From the IMG/VR virus record IMGVR_UViG_3300035459_000118, positions 34,972 to 98,971 of that record: a DNA stretch of 64,000 nucleotides; one strand, written 5' to 3'. The notes below the pieces were generated by a model. That model did not search any database and was not told the DNA's origin. It saw only the letters and a list, made by a program, of their open reading frames with translations. Position numbers and translations under genes: made by a program. Shown in pieces: positions 36,310 through 46,176 of the stretch (positions are counted from its first letter, which is position 1; each line of letters opens with the position of its first letter). The DNA is from a virus.

Positions 36310-36843
36310 GTGATGGCAGCAAGCAATACAGCACCACATTATAGCGTTTATATGAGCGAGCAAGAGAAGGTTGCAGAGATACAGAGACTCCAATCCGCCT
36401 TCGCCGCGTCAGAGGAGCGGGTGAAGGAGCTGGAGGCCCGTCCCATGTATGGCAACGATGAAGTGGCGAGGATAAAAGAAAAGTATGAATCCGACAACGC
36501 CGCCCTCCAGGAGAGGGTGAAGGAGTTGGAGAAAGTAGGAGCTGCGGCGGACAGATACGAAGCCCTACGAGCAGCCTTGGTTCCCTACTTATGGATGGCA
36601 GAGGGAAGAGGGGCATACTCTTATGACGACCCACGGTATGGCGAAGATGTAAAACGCTGTATGCGATCCTTACTGGAATGTCTACCTCCTTATCAAGTAA
36701 TCAGCAAGCAAATAATCGATATAGAAAAAGATTTTTGGGAATCAATCAAAAGATCCGCCGCAGAATCAAGATGGATTCCTGAACAGTATACAATGAATGA
36801 TTGGATCCTTGATGTTTGCTGTTTTTTAAACTTTAAGAAATAA
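36310..36843 (+). CDS. Hypothetical coiled-coil protein
   Basis: Repeated ERVKELE. Confidence 0.55.
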   Translation: MMAASNTAPHYSVYMSEQEKVAEIQRLQSAFAASEERVKELEARPMYGNDEVARIKEKYESDNAALQERVKELEKVGAAADRYEALRAALVPYLWMAEGRGAYSYDDPRYGEDVKRCMRSLLECLPPYQVISKQIIDIEKDFWESIKRSAAESRWIPEQYTMNDWILDVCCFLNFKK

Positions 36844-36850
36844 ATTAAGA

Positions 36851-36883
36851 GTGCGGGGAGTAAAGGAGAAAACCTCCCCGCAC
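36851..36883 (-). terminator. Intrinsic terminator at the convergence of the two arms
   Basis: gtgcggggag/ctccccgcac 10-bp stem with a T-rich tail on the - strand; second hairpin at 36893-36908. Confidence 0.65.
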
Positions 36884-36912
36884 CCGTAACCCAGCCTCCC
36901 CCGAGGCTAAGA

Positions 36913-37470
36913 TTAACTTCTTCCAATAGTAATATACCTCCTGGGATGTTCTGGACTTGGAAAAGATTCCACGACAGGCCAATATTTTTTCATTTCATCA
37001 GACCAAAATCTTGCATCCCCTTTTATCAAGGTCATTTCCTTCCCAAGTCTCTTGTCTGACATATCGTAAACTTCAATTATCAAATTATGACAAGTTCTTC
37101 GCATCTCATGCATGATTACTTCGAGCTTCGCCGGATCAACAGTCATAAGTACATTGATACAGATGCCCCAATCCGCCACGGGGAAATCTGTTGGTAAGGT
37201 TTCAAGAGGAGAAACACAATAGGTCAATCTTTTTCCGATGAGAGCCTTAGCAACACCCTCCAGGGCGACACCAGAGAAGTCGACCATGTTGACTTTTGAA
37301 CAGAAGGTTAATAAGTCTGGCTCAGCTCTCCCTGTACCACTACCATAGTCATTTACCGTGCTTCCCTCTGGAATATGCTTCCTAAGGAAAGGAATGAGCC
37401 TTTGACACGTCGATCCTCGGCGATAGTCTCCCTTTTGCCACACTTCATCGAAGAACTTGCCTGTCGTCAT
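36913..37470 (-). CDS. Class I SAM methyltransferase
   Basis: DYGSGTG, VD, D...C.NVL. Confidence 0.8.
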   Translation of the reverse strand: MTTGKFFDEVWQKGDYRRGSTCQRLIPFLRKHIPEGSTVNDYGSGTGRAEPDLLTFCSKVNMVDFSGVALEGVAKALIGKRLTYCVSPLETLPTDFPVADWGICINVLMTVDPAKLEVIMHEMRRTCHNLIIEVYDMSDKRLGKEMTLIKGDARFWSDEMKKYWPVVESFPSPEHPRRYITIGRS

Positions 37471-37675
37471 TTTGGGATCCTTTCATAAAATTCTTGAATT
37501 TTAATTTTGACATTCTTAATCTCTTGTAGCTCGTGTTCCCAAATAATAAGGGTGTCATATCCGAATTCACGAAATATAGCTTTTCTATTTTCTGGATCGC
37601 ATCCTTGATGCCAGTAATCTTCACAATTTGCCCACAACCACATTCACAAAATTTTATTTTATTGAATTTACACAT
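37467..37675 (-). pseudogene. Internally deleted homing endonuclease (CECGCG N-terminus plus Vsr/DUF559-like C-terminus)
   Basis: After CECGCGQIV the shifted frame reads DYWHQG..FREFGYDTLIIWEHEL, and its TGA overlaps the next ATG. Confidence 0.75.
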
Positions 37676-38332
37676 TTATTTTCGTCCCCAGGGGTCTATA
37701 TCTCGACATGTATATACTGGAAATTTGCTGAGATCTGGATAAGGCATTTCAATGTCTTCATTCTCTTTTGGGTTGCCTTCTATGTCGTAAAACTGAAGCA
37801 TAAGTTGAAGTCCTCTAGCTGCAAGTTCAGGAGTAAGATAGCAATTAATCCCAATCATATCAAAGAAGTCCGTGTGATATGAACATTCCCTACGTCCAGA
37901 AAACCTTGCCCTCTTGAACCATAGATAGGCATCCCTATCATCAGTAAGGATTGCCCCCCCTTTTCCTAATTTCAAATGCTTATAAGGACCAGTGAACGCA
38001 AGGCACATAAAGGTCCCGGGAAGATACATCTTTGAGGTAAATCGAAGTGCGCTGTCCCAAGTCTTTGACCCTATTAAATTATATGCTCCTTTTAAGGTCT
38101 TTCCTTTGACAGAAAAAAAATTGACATATCCACCAGCATGAATTATCGCACACGGAACCGAAGGATATGTCCTCGCTGGGATTGTAATTTCCTTACCTTC
38201 AATATTCTCATATTTCAAGGTCAGGAACAAAGCATTACTGCAATTGTCAACCGCGACAACATAGGGAGCTCCAGTATAACGGCAAAGCTCTTGCTCGAAT
38301 TGTTCGGTAATCCTATAGACACCTTCAGCCAT
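37676..38332 (-). CDS. DegT/DnrJ/EryC1/StrS sugar aminotransferase (short form)
   Basis: FEQEL..Y.GA.Y.VAV..CSNAL, DSA, F..YKHL..GKGGAILTDD. Confidence 0.85.
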   Translation of the reverse strand: MAEGVYRITEQFEQELCRYTGAPYVVAVDNCSNALFLTLKYENIEGKEITIPARTYPSVPCAIIHAGGYVNFFSVKGKTLKGAYNLIGSKTWDSALRFTSKMYLPGTFMCLAFTGPYKHLKLGKGGAILTDDRDAYLWFKRARFSGRRECSYHTDFFDMIGINCYLTPELAARGLQLMLQFYDIEGNPKENEDIEMPYPDLSKFPVYTCRDIDPWGRK

Positions 38333-38335
38333 GAC

Positions 38336-40654
38336 TTACCTCCAATCTGGTGGCAAAATGCGATTTCCAATTCTTACTGGTTTTGGAGCGGTTACTCTTA
38401 ATATTTTTTGCCTAACATTAGATTGTTTTCCTGGAGGGTGAGGATGTGCTATTGCTGGTTTTGAGACAACAACAGGATTCCCTCCCGCCATTTTTTGCAA
38501 TGGAGCAACTTCGGCTTGAATTAATTTTGCGCTTTCAAGACTTTGGCCAACATGATCCATATAAAGACAGGCATTTCCCTCTCCTACCCAAGAAATAAGA
38601 CGCCCAAGGCCAACATCAGGTTGGTAACCATGCAATTTCCTGTCGTGACCATTCCCTATTCCCTTTCGCCCCTGCATACCCTTCATCGAACAATGGATTC
38701 TCAGGCGATCATCAGTATCGTCTATCAGGAACTTATTTCCTTTGAAAGTGGCCCATAACCTGATGTCGATATACGGATTTCCCTCCAGGCATTCCTTGAA
38801 GAACGGTAATATCTTCGATGTGAATCCCGTCTGACAGAAACTTGCATGTTCCCTGTTGTATATTCTGCTGTACTTCATCAGGGGAAGGTAATAATAACGG
38901 GCGCACATTTCTCCAACAAGGTCATAAGACCTGAGGAGCCGTTCCATTGTTATTATGTAATCATGGCCGTACCAATCATCGTCCTCGAAGATCAATACGA
39001 TGTCCCCTTTTATAAGAGGAAAAGCCTTCTTCATGTTAAGTGTTAAGGTATGACCTTCCAAGGGCTTTGGGTCGCGGCGAACATATTCGCACCCTTCACG
39101 CAAGCGTTCCTGCAATGGGGTTCTTCCGTCGTCAATAACAAGCCATTGGTCAGGCTTTCTCGACTGGCTTGCTATCCATCGACGGGTAAGTTCAAAGGCC
39201 TCTGGCCTATCACCAGTAGGGGTTATCACCGTAATTGTTTTTGATGAACCACCAAGATCCCAAGCCCCTTCAATTTGTGGCTGTCCGTTCATTTGTCTTA
39301 AATTTCGCGTCCCTGCCAAATCATGGGAGACGTAATCCTTGATCCATGCCCCCGTTGTAGAGGCTCCCAATCCGGGAAGTTGTTTGAGTATTTTGCCTGA
39401 GAGTCCTTTATTATGAATGTCCAGCATGGTCAAAAAACAAGGAGCTCCATGATGAACATAAGGATGAAATTTCTTGTAGGCCGACACCTGAACAAGCTGA
39501 AAAAACGGATGCAAATACTTCATTGATTTTTTATCTTTGTGCCTTGTTTCAGGATCATACTCATATCCATCAAGGCCAGTCTCATGGATATACCCAACCC
39601 CGAACGTATCGCTTTCCATCATGGAGATCATCTTCTTGATCGGAGATTTCAACATCTGGATATCTGAATCAAAAAATAGCACATACGGGGTCCTCGCATT
39701 GTATATGCCAAGGCACATCCCCCTCCCATGCCCAATGTTGTACTCGGCATGAATGACTTCCAAGGACTTGTCTTCCTTTTCAAGAGACTCGACATAAAGT
39801 TGACATTCGTCCCCTTCAGAAGAGCCGTCTATGATTATGAGCTTCATCTTGGGATGAAAACTCCTGATCGATTCGTAGGCTCTTTTTATCAGTCCTTTTG
39901 TGTTATAGGTGACGACTACCCCTGTAACAAGATCATTCTCCGCGTTGTGCTCTTCCCCTCTCACGTATCCCTCCGTTTCATGGAAACAAGTAAGAGAATT
40001 GACGCAATAACTTTTCAGCCCTTTTTCCTTAAAATAGATGGAGCATCTCTTCCATAGGTCAGCATCACAAGGAGAAGAGGTTCCAGTTTCAGCATAAACA
40101 TCCCGGTACCTCAAGGGAATTTTCCGGAAATTGATACACGTCGAGGAATGGATCAACCCGCATGGCTTTGGGTAAAACTCCACTAAAGGTTGTTCTGTAG
40201 ATAGATGGGGAAGATATGAATTGATATGGGTGGACTTTGTGCAAACCCAAACCGTGCCCGTCTTTTCAATCGCAGCATTGAGCAAGCTCAAATGGTCGGG
40301 AGTCCAATAATCATCGTGATCTAAATGACAAAGATAGTCAAACCCATCCTTAAGAATCAATTCGATGCAATAATTCGCAAGGGCAAGCCCCACAACATTC
40401 CAAAGGATTTCCTTATCATGCCCGTACTTGTCCCTTTCCGCCGCTACAGACAGGTTTTCAATATACATCTTTTCCTGGGGGTATTCAGCGGCAATGTCAA
40501 GCAATTCTTTCTCATCGTCGTACTTGTCCCCGATCAGATATACCCGGAAATCCTGATGAGTCTGAGCGAAAATAGAGTCCAGTGCCCTCCTCAAGAAAAA
40601 AGGAGTCCTGCCATCTGGCCTCTGATAAGTTCCGATGATTATGGCAAATTTCAT
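38336..40654 (-). CDS. Triple GT-A (GT2-like) glycosyltransferase
   Basis: Three domains: IIIGTY..LDHDD; VVVTYN..DG..FDSD; VITPT..DDG..EDDD. Confidence 0.85.
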   Translation of the reverse strand: MKFAIIIGTYQRPDGRTPFFLRRALDSIFAQTHQDFRVYLIGDKYDDEKELLDIAAEYPQEKMYIENLSVAAERDKYGHDKEILWNVVGLALANYCIELILKDGFDYLCHLDHDDYWTPDHLSLLNAAIEKTGTVWVCTKSTHINSYLPHLSTEQPLVEFYPKPCGLIHSSTCINFRKIPLRYRDVYAETGTSSPCDADLWKRCSIYFKEKGLKSYCVNSLTCFHETEGYVRGEEHNAENDLVTGVVVTYNTKGLIKRAYESIRSFHPKMKLIIIDGSSEGDECQLYVESLEKEDKSLEVIHAEYNIGHGRGMCLGIYNARTPYVLFFDSDIQMLKSPIKKMISMMESDTFGVGYIHETGLDGYEYDPETRHKDKKSMKYLHPFFQLVQVSAYKKFHPYVHHGAPCFLTMLDIHNKGLSGKILKQLPGLGASTTGAWIKDYVSHDLAGTRNLRQMNGQPQIEGAWDLGGSSKTITVITPTGDRPEAFELTRRWIASQSRKPDQWLVIDDGRTPLQERLREGCEYVRRDPKPLEGHTLTLNMKKAFPLIKGDIVLIFEDDDWYGHDYIITMERLLRSYDLVGEMCARYYYLPLMKYSRIYNREHASFCQTGFTSKILPFFKECLEGNPYIDIRLWATFKGNKFLIDDTDDRLRIHCSMKGMQGRKGIGNGHDRKLHGYQPDVGLGRLISWVGEGNACLYMDHVGQSLESAKLIQAEVAPLQKMAGGNPVVVSKPAIAHPHPPGKQSNVRQKILRVTAPKPVRIGNRILPPDWR

Positions 40655-41247
40655 AGTTTAGTTCCACAAAGCATTGTACTTACAATCGAAATATCCTTGA
40701 ACCTATCATTAGACATAAGGAACTTGGAATTACACACTCCCCCTTTGGTAGACTTTGACAACTGCCCTATAGTCCAGTTTATATCATGGATGTATAGTCT
40801 TCCTCCAGGAACAATCCTTGGGAAAATCATTTTAAATCCGGTATAAACACATTCAAGCTCATGGCAACCGTCTATGAAAGCAACTGAGACCTCTGGGATC
40901 TGATCGATGCAATCCGTAAGGTCGCAGTTGTATTGAATAGCCCCATATTTATTGCCGGCCAAAATGTTCTTATAGAATTCCTTTTTCAAGGCGGACATCA
41001 GTCCTTTTGGGTAATCGTTCGCAACCTCTTCTATCTCTTCCGGATAGGGATCAACTGAGATCACCTTTTTCCCAACCTGTTCAGCGGCAGCAATCAAAAC
41101 AATGGTCGTCCCTCCTGAAGCTGAACCGATTTCCACAACTGCACCTGGAGGGGTTTCTAAAATCCCCCGATATAATTCTTCCCTCTCCCCAAGGGCAGTC
41201 TGGGTTTGAAATCCCTGAGATAATAGTAATGCCTGGTCCAGATCCAT
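40651..41247 (-). CDS. SAM methyltransferase (Methyltransf_24-like)
   Basis: VEIGSASG, SVDP, FIDGCH, GG...HD. Confidence 0.85.
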   Translation of the reverse strand: MDLDQALLLSQGFQTQTALGEREELYRGILETPPGAVVEIGSASGGTTIVLIAAAEQVGKKVISVDPYPEEIEEVANDYPKGLMSALKKEFYKNILAGNKYGAIQYNCDLTDCIDQIPEVSVAFIDGCHELECVYTGFKMIFPRIVPGGRLYIHDINWTIGQLSKSTKGGVCNSKFLMSNDRFKDISIVSTMLCGTKL

Positions 41248-41249
41248 TT

Positions 41250-41951
41250 TTAACCCCTTTCACACAGTAAGAATATGCTTGAACACAAGTCTGGATATTC
41301 CTTCCCAAATTGGTAACAACCCTCCAAGTATTCTGCAGAAACAATTCCCTCGGCTATGGCTCTGTCCCACTGGAAATTAGCAAGAACTTTGAAGAAAATT
41401 CCTGAGCAATGAGAAACTCTCATTCCAGACAACATGACATCCATTCCCAATGAATCAAAAGAATACGTTCTTTTGTGTCCATGGTTTTCCTCTTGCGGAG
41501 TGACGGCTGTGTTGCTTTTGATCAGTCCCATCTTGACCGCGATTTGCCGTGAGGCAGCGTTGGCATTGGGGCACACAAGAAAGAGCCTCCCCTCCTCGGT
41601 CAACCATTCATTCTTGATCATTTTCAGTATTGCGATCGGGTCTTCAACATGCTCCAGGACATGGGTCATTATGATATTTTCATACTTCGTCGAAAGTTTA
41701 AGATCCTCAAATGAAGAACAGATAAAGGTAATTCCATCCCCAAATTCCTCCCACTTCGCCGATTCGATAGATTTCCGATCAGAATCAACACAAGTGATGT
41801 CCTCAAAATACGGGAGAAGTCTCTGAGTAAAATCGCCTTTCCCAGAACCCAATTCCAACATATTGCCTTTTTTAAAAAAAGGAAGGAACGACGTCAGCAT
41901 ATATGGATGCATTACTTCCGTATCAAAAAGATAAGAATACTTGCTATCCAT
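41250..41951 (-). CDS. Class I SAM methyltransferase
   Basis: LELGSGKG, HVLEH, CPNA, GHKRTY. Confidence 0.88.
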   Translation of the reverse strand: MDSKYSYLFDTEVMHPYMLTSFLPFFKKGNMLELGSGKGDFTQRLLPYFEDITCVDSDRKSIESAKWEEFGDGITFICSSFEDLKLSTKYENIIMTHVLEHVEDPIAILKMIKNEWLTEEGRLFLVCPNANAASRQIAVKMGLIKSNTAVTPQEENHGHKRTYSFDSLGMDVMLSGMRVSHCSGIFFKVLANFQWDRAIAEGIVSAEYLEGCYQFGKEYPDLCSSIFLLCERG

Positions 41952-42510
41952 CTTTCCTGCCCCAATAGTTGGTCGCCTTAACGACCCGATCATAATCCTC
42001 TTTAACAACCCCGGTAACTATCCTATTCCAATATCTCCCTTTGCGGAAGAAATAATTTCTTATCAAACCTTCATCTTCCCAACCAAGTTTTTTATAAAAC
42101 ACACCAGAAATTTCATTGTATTCTATTCTTCCTCCATTCAACCTCTCAAGATTGAGCTCGTCAAAGGCATAGCGCATTGTAGTCATGACAGCATCAGTAC
42201 CGTATCCTTTGCTTCTCACGGCGTTGCTGCCCAGCATCAAACCATGATATGCGTGCCTATTTCGCCAGTCGATTTCTATTACGCTTGAGATCCCGATTAA
42301 GCCAATTTCTGGAGCATCCACTGCAAACCGCTTATTCAACTGGTCGTTCTTCTGTCTCTGAAACCAATCCCGGTGAAAATCCATAGAACTTGGAAAGTGA
42401 ATATCCCCAAGAAGATCTTGCAGATCTGGGTCATTCGCCCATTGATGAAGTAGGGGTAAGTCTTCTTCTTCAATTGCCCTCAGGGTAACAATGTTCCCTT
42501 TGATATTCAT
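41944..42510 (-). CDS. GNAT N-acetyltransferase (RimJ/PseH-like)
   Basis: LRAIE.EDL, RSKGYG, YAF.ELNL, YKKLGW..EG. Confidence 0.88.
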   Translation of the reverse strand: MNIKGNIVTLRAIEEEDLPLLHQWANDPDLQDLLGDIHFPSSMDFHRDWFQRQKNDQLNKRFAVDAPEIGLIGISSVIEIDWRNRHAYHGLMLGSNAVRSKGYGTDAVMTTMRYAFDELNLERLNGGRIEYNEISGVFYKKLGWEDEGLIRNYFFRKGRYWNRIVTGVVKEDYDRVVKATNYWGRKDG

Positions 42511-43463
42511 AATGCCCCTTCCAGAACGGCAAGTCCAAAACCATTCCTGCCAAATTCGTTTCCATTATAGAGCATATACGTGCTTCCTTCCAGAAAGAAC
42601 ACATGGGGATACCTGACCATCTCTGAATCCCAACCCTCATCGGAGACCGTAATCCCCGCTTTGGAATCGTCACGCTCCCAATGGAAAGCGTCGTGACTCG
42701 AAGCGTACCCTATCCTCAATCCATTCTTTCTTCCCCGATGGTTTCCACTTGGGCGATAACAAAAGAACATATGGAACTTGCCGTTTGCGTAGATGACATC
42801 GGGACCGGACTGGGCCTCGTCTTTTTCAAGAACACTTGGGATCAGGTCTTTATTCTCCCTTTTCCATTCAATCCCATCGAGAGACGTGGCCATCCGAATC
42901 TTGTAGACAGGTTCTGGCCTCCCATCCATCATTTTCCACTTCCGGCCAGCAATATAATATAGATAAAAACGATCATTAAATTTCCTGATCTTTGGCCCAC
43001 TCAAAACAAAAGGTTCATGAGGGGAATTTGCAAGTACAGGTCCCCGGCCAAACTTGACGAACGTCTTGCCATCAAGGCTCGTTGCCATTCCAATATTTGT
43101 GTATAGGGGTACTGAAACCCCTCTTGTAATCCCCGCATAGTACGCCCGGATAAGTCTTCCGTCATGGATAACAGACATAATATAAGTTCCGAACTCGTCG
43201 AACTCACCCAATCCACCCAAATCGAATATAGGCTTCTCAGCCACCCGCAAAACTTTCAACGGGTTCTTCCGGTCAAGATCAACATAGGCACAATAACTAA
43301 CATACTTTCCATCAAGATCCGCCTCAGGACGGCAAGAAAAATAAACACGGATATATTCACCATAGATTAATGTTGCCGGTCCTTGGGCGAATTCACGAAG
43401 CCAAGGACGACCTTCAACTTCTTGTGGGGTGAACACCTTGCCGAGCTTCTTCCATTTGAACAT
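42507..43463 (-). CDS. Five-bladed beta-propeller glycosidase-like protein (GH32/43/130-like)
   Basis: WKKLG, GEFDEFG, A.S.DG..W repeats, GWDSEM..YP, YNGN.FG..GFG. Confidence 0.75.
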   Translation of the reverse strand: MFKWKKLGKVFTPQEVEGRPWLREFAQGPATLIYGEYIRVYFSCRPEADLDGKYVSYCAYVDLDRKNPLKVLRVAEKPIFDLGGLGEFDEFGTYIMSVIHDGRLIRAYYAGITRGVSVPLYTNIGMATSLDGKTFVKFGRGPVLANSPHEPFVLSGPKIRKFNDRFYLYYIAGRKWKMMDGRPEPVYKIRMATSLDGIEWKRENKDLIPSVLEKDEAQSGPDVIYANGKFHMFFCYRPSGNHRGRKNGLRIGYASSHDAFHWERDDSKAGITVSDEGWDSEMVRYPHVFFLEGSTYMLYNGNEFGRNGFGLAVLEGAL

Positions 43464-43474
43464 GACATTTCCTT

Positions 43475-44173
43475 TCAAGCGAGAATATATTGCTTTAGAT
43501 ACTCTTTTATCTTTTCTTTTGGATTGAACATCATGATATCTATAATCGATAACCATGGGACAAAATCATTGCCGAACTGCGCATATTCTATATATGCAGA
43601 CTCAATAAATTTAAGCCTCAGTCCTTCTTCGCGGAATTTCTGAAATGAATAAAGTTTCGTCCCTCCAATAGTGTTGATATAGGTCTCACCCTTTAGAACT
43701 TTGCACAAGGCAAGCACTTTATCTTGGCTTTTAAGGCCATTGTGATCGATAGGAATCTCAGACGAAATTATTATCCTCGTTTCTATCTCAAGAAATTGAA
43801 GGATCTTCGCAATCGAATAAAGGAGATAAAAGAACAAATTTTTTTCGTCGTTGCTTATAATGCCCTCCACTAAAGGAAAGACCTGCTGAAAATATGGAGC
43901 TTTTACATAGGCTCCTTTGATCTTATTTGATAATTTCTCTCGGGGGAATTCATCCGCAAGGCTTCTTTGTCGAACATCAAGAAAATCAGAATCTTTTTTC
44001 AAGGGTAAAGAAAAAAGAGTAGGTGCCCCGTTCTGCAACATCCTGTTGCGGTTTATCCAGCCCTTCTTTGTATATTGAATATTATCATAAACGACGAAAA
44101 CATCGACGGAAGAAATAAGTTGCCAGTATCCAATGTAAGGGAAAAAATACGGCTGCATTATACCGATTTTCAT
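43475..44173 (-). CDS. wbqC: WbqC-family protein
   Basis: IMQPYFFPYIGY, YDNIQY.K.GWINRNR, YIN..GG, LSIID. Confidence 0.93.
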   Translation of the reverse strand: MKIGIMQPYFFPYIGYWQLISSVDVFVVYDNIQYTKKGWINRNRMLQNGAPTLFSLPLKKDSDFLDVRQRSLADEFPREKLSNKIKGAYVKAPYFQQVFPLVEGIISNDEKNLFFYLLYSIAKILQFLEIETRIIISSEIPIDHNGLKSQDKVLALCKVLKGETYINTIGGTKLYSFQKFREEGLRLKFIESAYIEYAQFGNDFVPWLSIIDIMMFNPKEKIKEYLKQYILA

Positions 44174-44955
44174 TTCAGGAAGCCCTTTCTGATAGCAATC
44201 CATTCTGGATTTCCTATCTCTACCATCCTATCATAAATTCTCTGTCTGATTTCCCTCGTCTTTATTTTCATTGCTCTTTGAGACAGACTACACCAGGAAT
44301 TTCCACCATGCATCCTCCGAAAAACAGAAGGCTCAATCCCGGGAATATATTTACAAGGGCCATACATACCCATCATAACCGTCAGCGCGTAATCACCCCA
44401 AAAGACCTCAAAATTTTTCTTGGTCTGTTCGTTATATAGATTTCTCCAGAGTTTTGTGGAGGGGTGAATATCGTAGCCACTGCTGTCATACTTGATAAGA
44501 TCAAGGGCAGAATAATCCCGGGGTTTTTTACTTGAAGGGATAACAATTATATTTCTATCAACATGGTGGATCTTGTAATCATGATAGCATAAAACATATT
44601 CTGGATTGGCCTCCATAAAATCAACTTGTTTCTGCAGCTTCAGAGGATCTGTCCAATAATCGTCTCCGTCGCAATCTGCTACATATTCCCCCTTTGCAAC
44701 TGAGTACATATTGAAAAGAGGGTATATCCCTGTCTTAGAAAATTGATTTTCCTTTTGGAATATAGCACGAATGACCCCAGGGTCTTTTTGTTGATAATCT
44801 CGAATGATTTCTTGCGTTCCGTCGGTTGAGGCGTCGTCATGAACAATGACCTCAAAGGGAAATGTCGTCAGTTGCGTGAGGAAGCCGTTCAGGGCGTCCT
44901 TAATGAGATTCCTATGGTTATATGTCTGGCAACAAATAGAGACGACAGGCTTCAC
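44170..44955 (-). CDS. GT2 glycosyltransferase
   Basis: VSICC.TYNH, HDDASTDGT, CDGDDYWTDP.KLQKQ. Confidence 0.92.
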   Translation of the reverse strand: MKPVVSICCQTYNHRNLIKDALNGFLTQLTTFPFEVIVHDDASTDGTQEIIRDYQQKDPGVIRAIFQKENQFSKTGIYPLFNMYSVAKGEYVADCDGDDYWTDPLKLQKQVDFMEANPEYVLCYHDYKIHHVDRNIIVIPSSKKPRDYSALDLIKYDSSGYDIHPSTKLWRNLYNEQTKKNFEVFWGDYALTVMMGMYGPCKYIPGIEPSVFRRMHGGNSWCSLSQRAMKIKTREIRQRIYDRMVEIGNPEWIAIRKGFLK

Positions 44956-45602
44956 GACCAAAGCTCCTTTACCCAGCCGCCGCATTCTGGAGGCTTCGGT
45001 TTCCCGTGGAACATTACTATCTTGCAGTCAAGGCAAACTTTGTTTTCAAGACGATGCAATTTATAACTCTGAACGATTTTATCCGGGAACAAGTCAAAGC
45101 TCTTGCCAAATCGATCATTCACCCAACCCTGTTGGCTCTTTTGGCAAGGGAATCCGGCTTGTTTGAATGCTTCCCAAATCTCGGCGCGAGAACCTATCTT
45201 GAGTAGAATGACAGAGCTGTTTGGGACTTTGGATTTTGGGTCCCCTTCTGGCCACCATCCTTCCGGCCAATCTCTAGCCATAACATGATCAGAAGGCCAT
45301 TCTATTGCTTCGTCAATGCTGCCGGTGATTACAATGTCTAAGTCTAAGAATAAAAGACGTTCGGTAGAAATTCCTGGGATAGAAGGCATATAAAGTCCCA
45401 TTTTCCCCCACCATCCAGGGGCATCAAATGGCAAGGGGAGAACACGGACTTTCTTTGAAATTCCAATTGGATTATCTGTGAAACAAACAAAATCAAAGAG
45501 CAACCTACGAACATTATGGCTGACCATTGATTCTAAAATGTTTACATATTCGGGACCATATTTGTCCCCCTTTTTGATGCAGCAAATAGTTATCTTATTC
45601 AT
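44952..45602 (-). CDS. GT-A glycosyltransferase
   Basis: GDKYGPEYV, CFTD, GWWGK, FLDLD, NSS, FHGKPKP. Confidence 0.85.
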   Translation of the reverse strand: MNKITICCIKKGDKYGPEYVNILESMVSHNVRRLLFDFVCFTDNPIGISKKVRVLPLPFDAPGWWGKMGLYMPSIPGISTERLLFLDLDIVITGSIDEAIEWPSDHVMARDWPEGWWPEGDPKSKVPNSSVILLKIGSRAEIWEAFKQAGFPCQKSQQGWVNDRFGKSFDLFPDKIVQSYKLHRLENKVCLDCKIVMFHGKPKPPECGGWVKELWS

Positions 45603-46161
45603 TGAGCCATTCTTTCGTTGGATATCCGAGGAAATCTTTTGTCCATCCAGACATTGACCGGACCTTGTCTCCGAACATCTTTTTTGCAAACAAGAGCCAG
45701 CCTTCCTGAAAACAATTATACTGGGCTTTCTTTGGAGTCGTTAGATTCGTCCCTTGCATCGGACAACCGCAAAGAATTATCTTCTTATATCCCATCCCGA
45801 CAGAAGCTTGGCAACCAAGAAAGGCCGAGCTTCCAGATTTTGGGGAGGGAGCTACTAAAGGCCAAAGCATATCAATGCCTTTCTTTTTCTTGATTTCTTC
45901 TATTTTCTGTTCTTGCTTTTTATTGAAATGACCGTGGACAAGATAATCTAGATTCCCTCCAATCCTCTGCCTCCGCATACGGAAGGCAACAAAATCTTCA
46001 GGATGATATGATGCGACATGTTGAATATCAAAAATTACTCGATCTGAACAATCGAGGCCAATCGCCATGAAATCAAAATTCACACGGCAAATCTTGGCAA
46101 ATTCAGCAAGATCCTCTTCGAGACAAGGCGCAATACCCAAGGCAACAATAACCGAATTCAA
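45595..46161 (-). CDS. Rossmann-like glycan-associated protein (DUF115/GT29-like)
   Basis: G.APCL, SGSSA..G...GYKKIILCG. Confidence 0.5.
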   Translation of the reverse strand: MNSVIVALGIAPCLEEDLAEFAKICRVNFDFMAIGLDCSDRVIFDIQHVASYHPEDFVAFRMRRQRIGGNLDYLVHGHFNKKQEQKIEEIKKKKGIDMLWPLVAPSPKSGSSAFLGCQASVGMGYKKIILCGCPMQGTNLTTPKKAQYNCFQEGWLLFAKKMFGDKVRSMSGWTKDFLGYPTKEWLNE

Positions 46162-46176
46162 GTCTACCCTTTCTAA

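Noticed and set aside
36913-46161. Host O-antigen locus or contig chimera
   Set aside because: Continuous and co-oriented with the tail genes, contains a phage endonuclease remnant, and lacks wzx/wzy.
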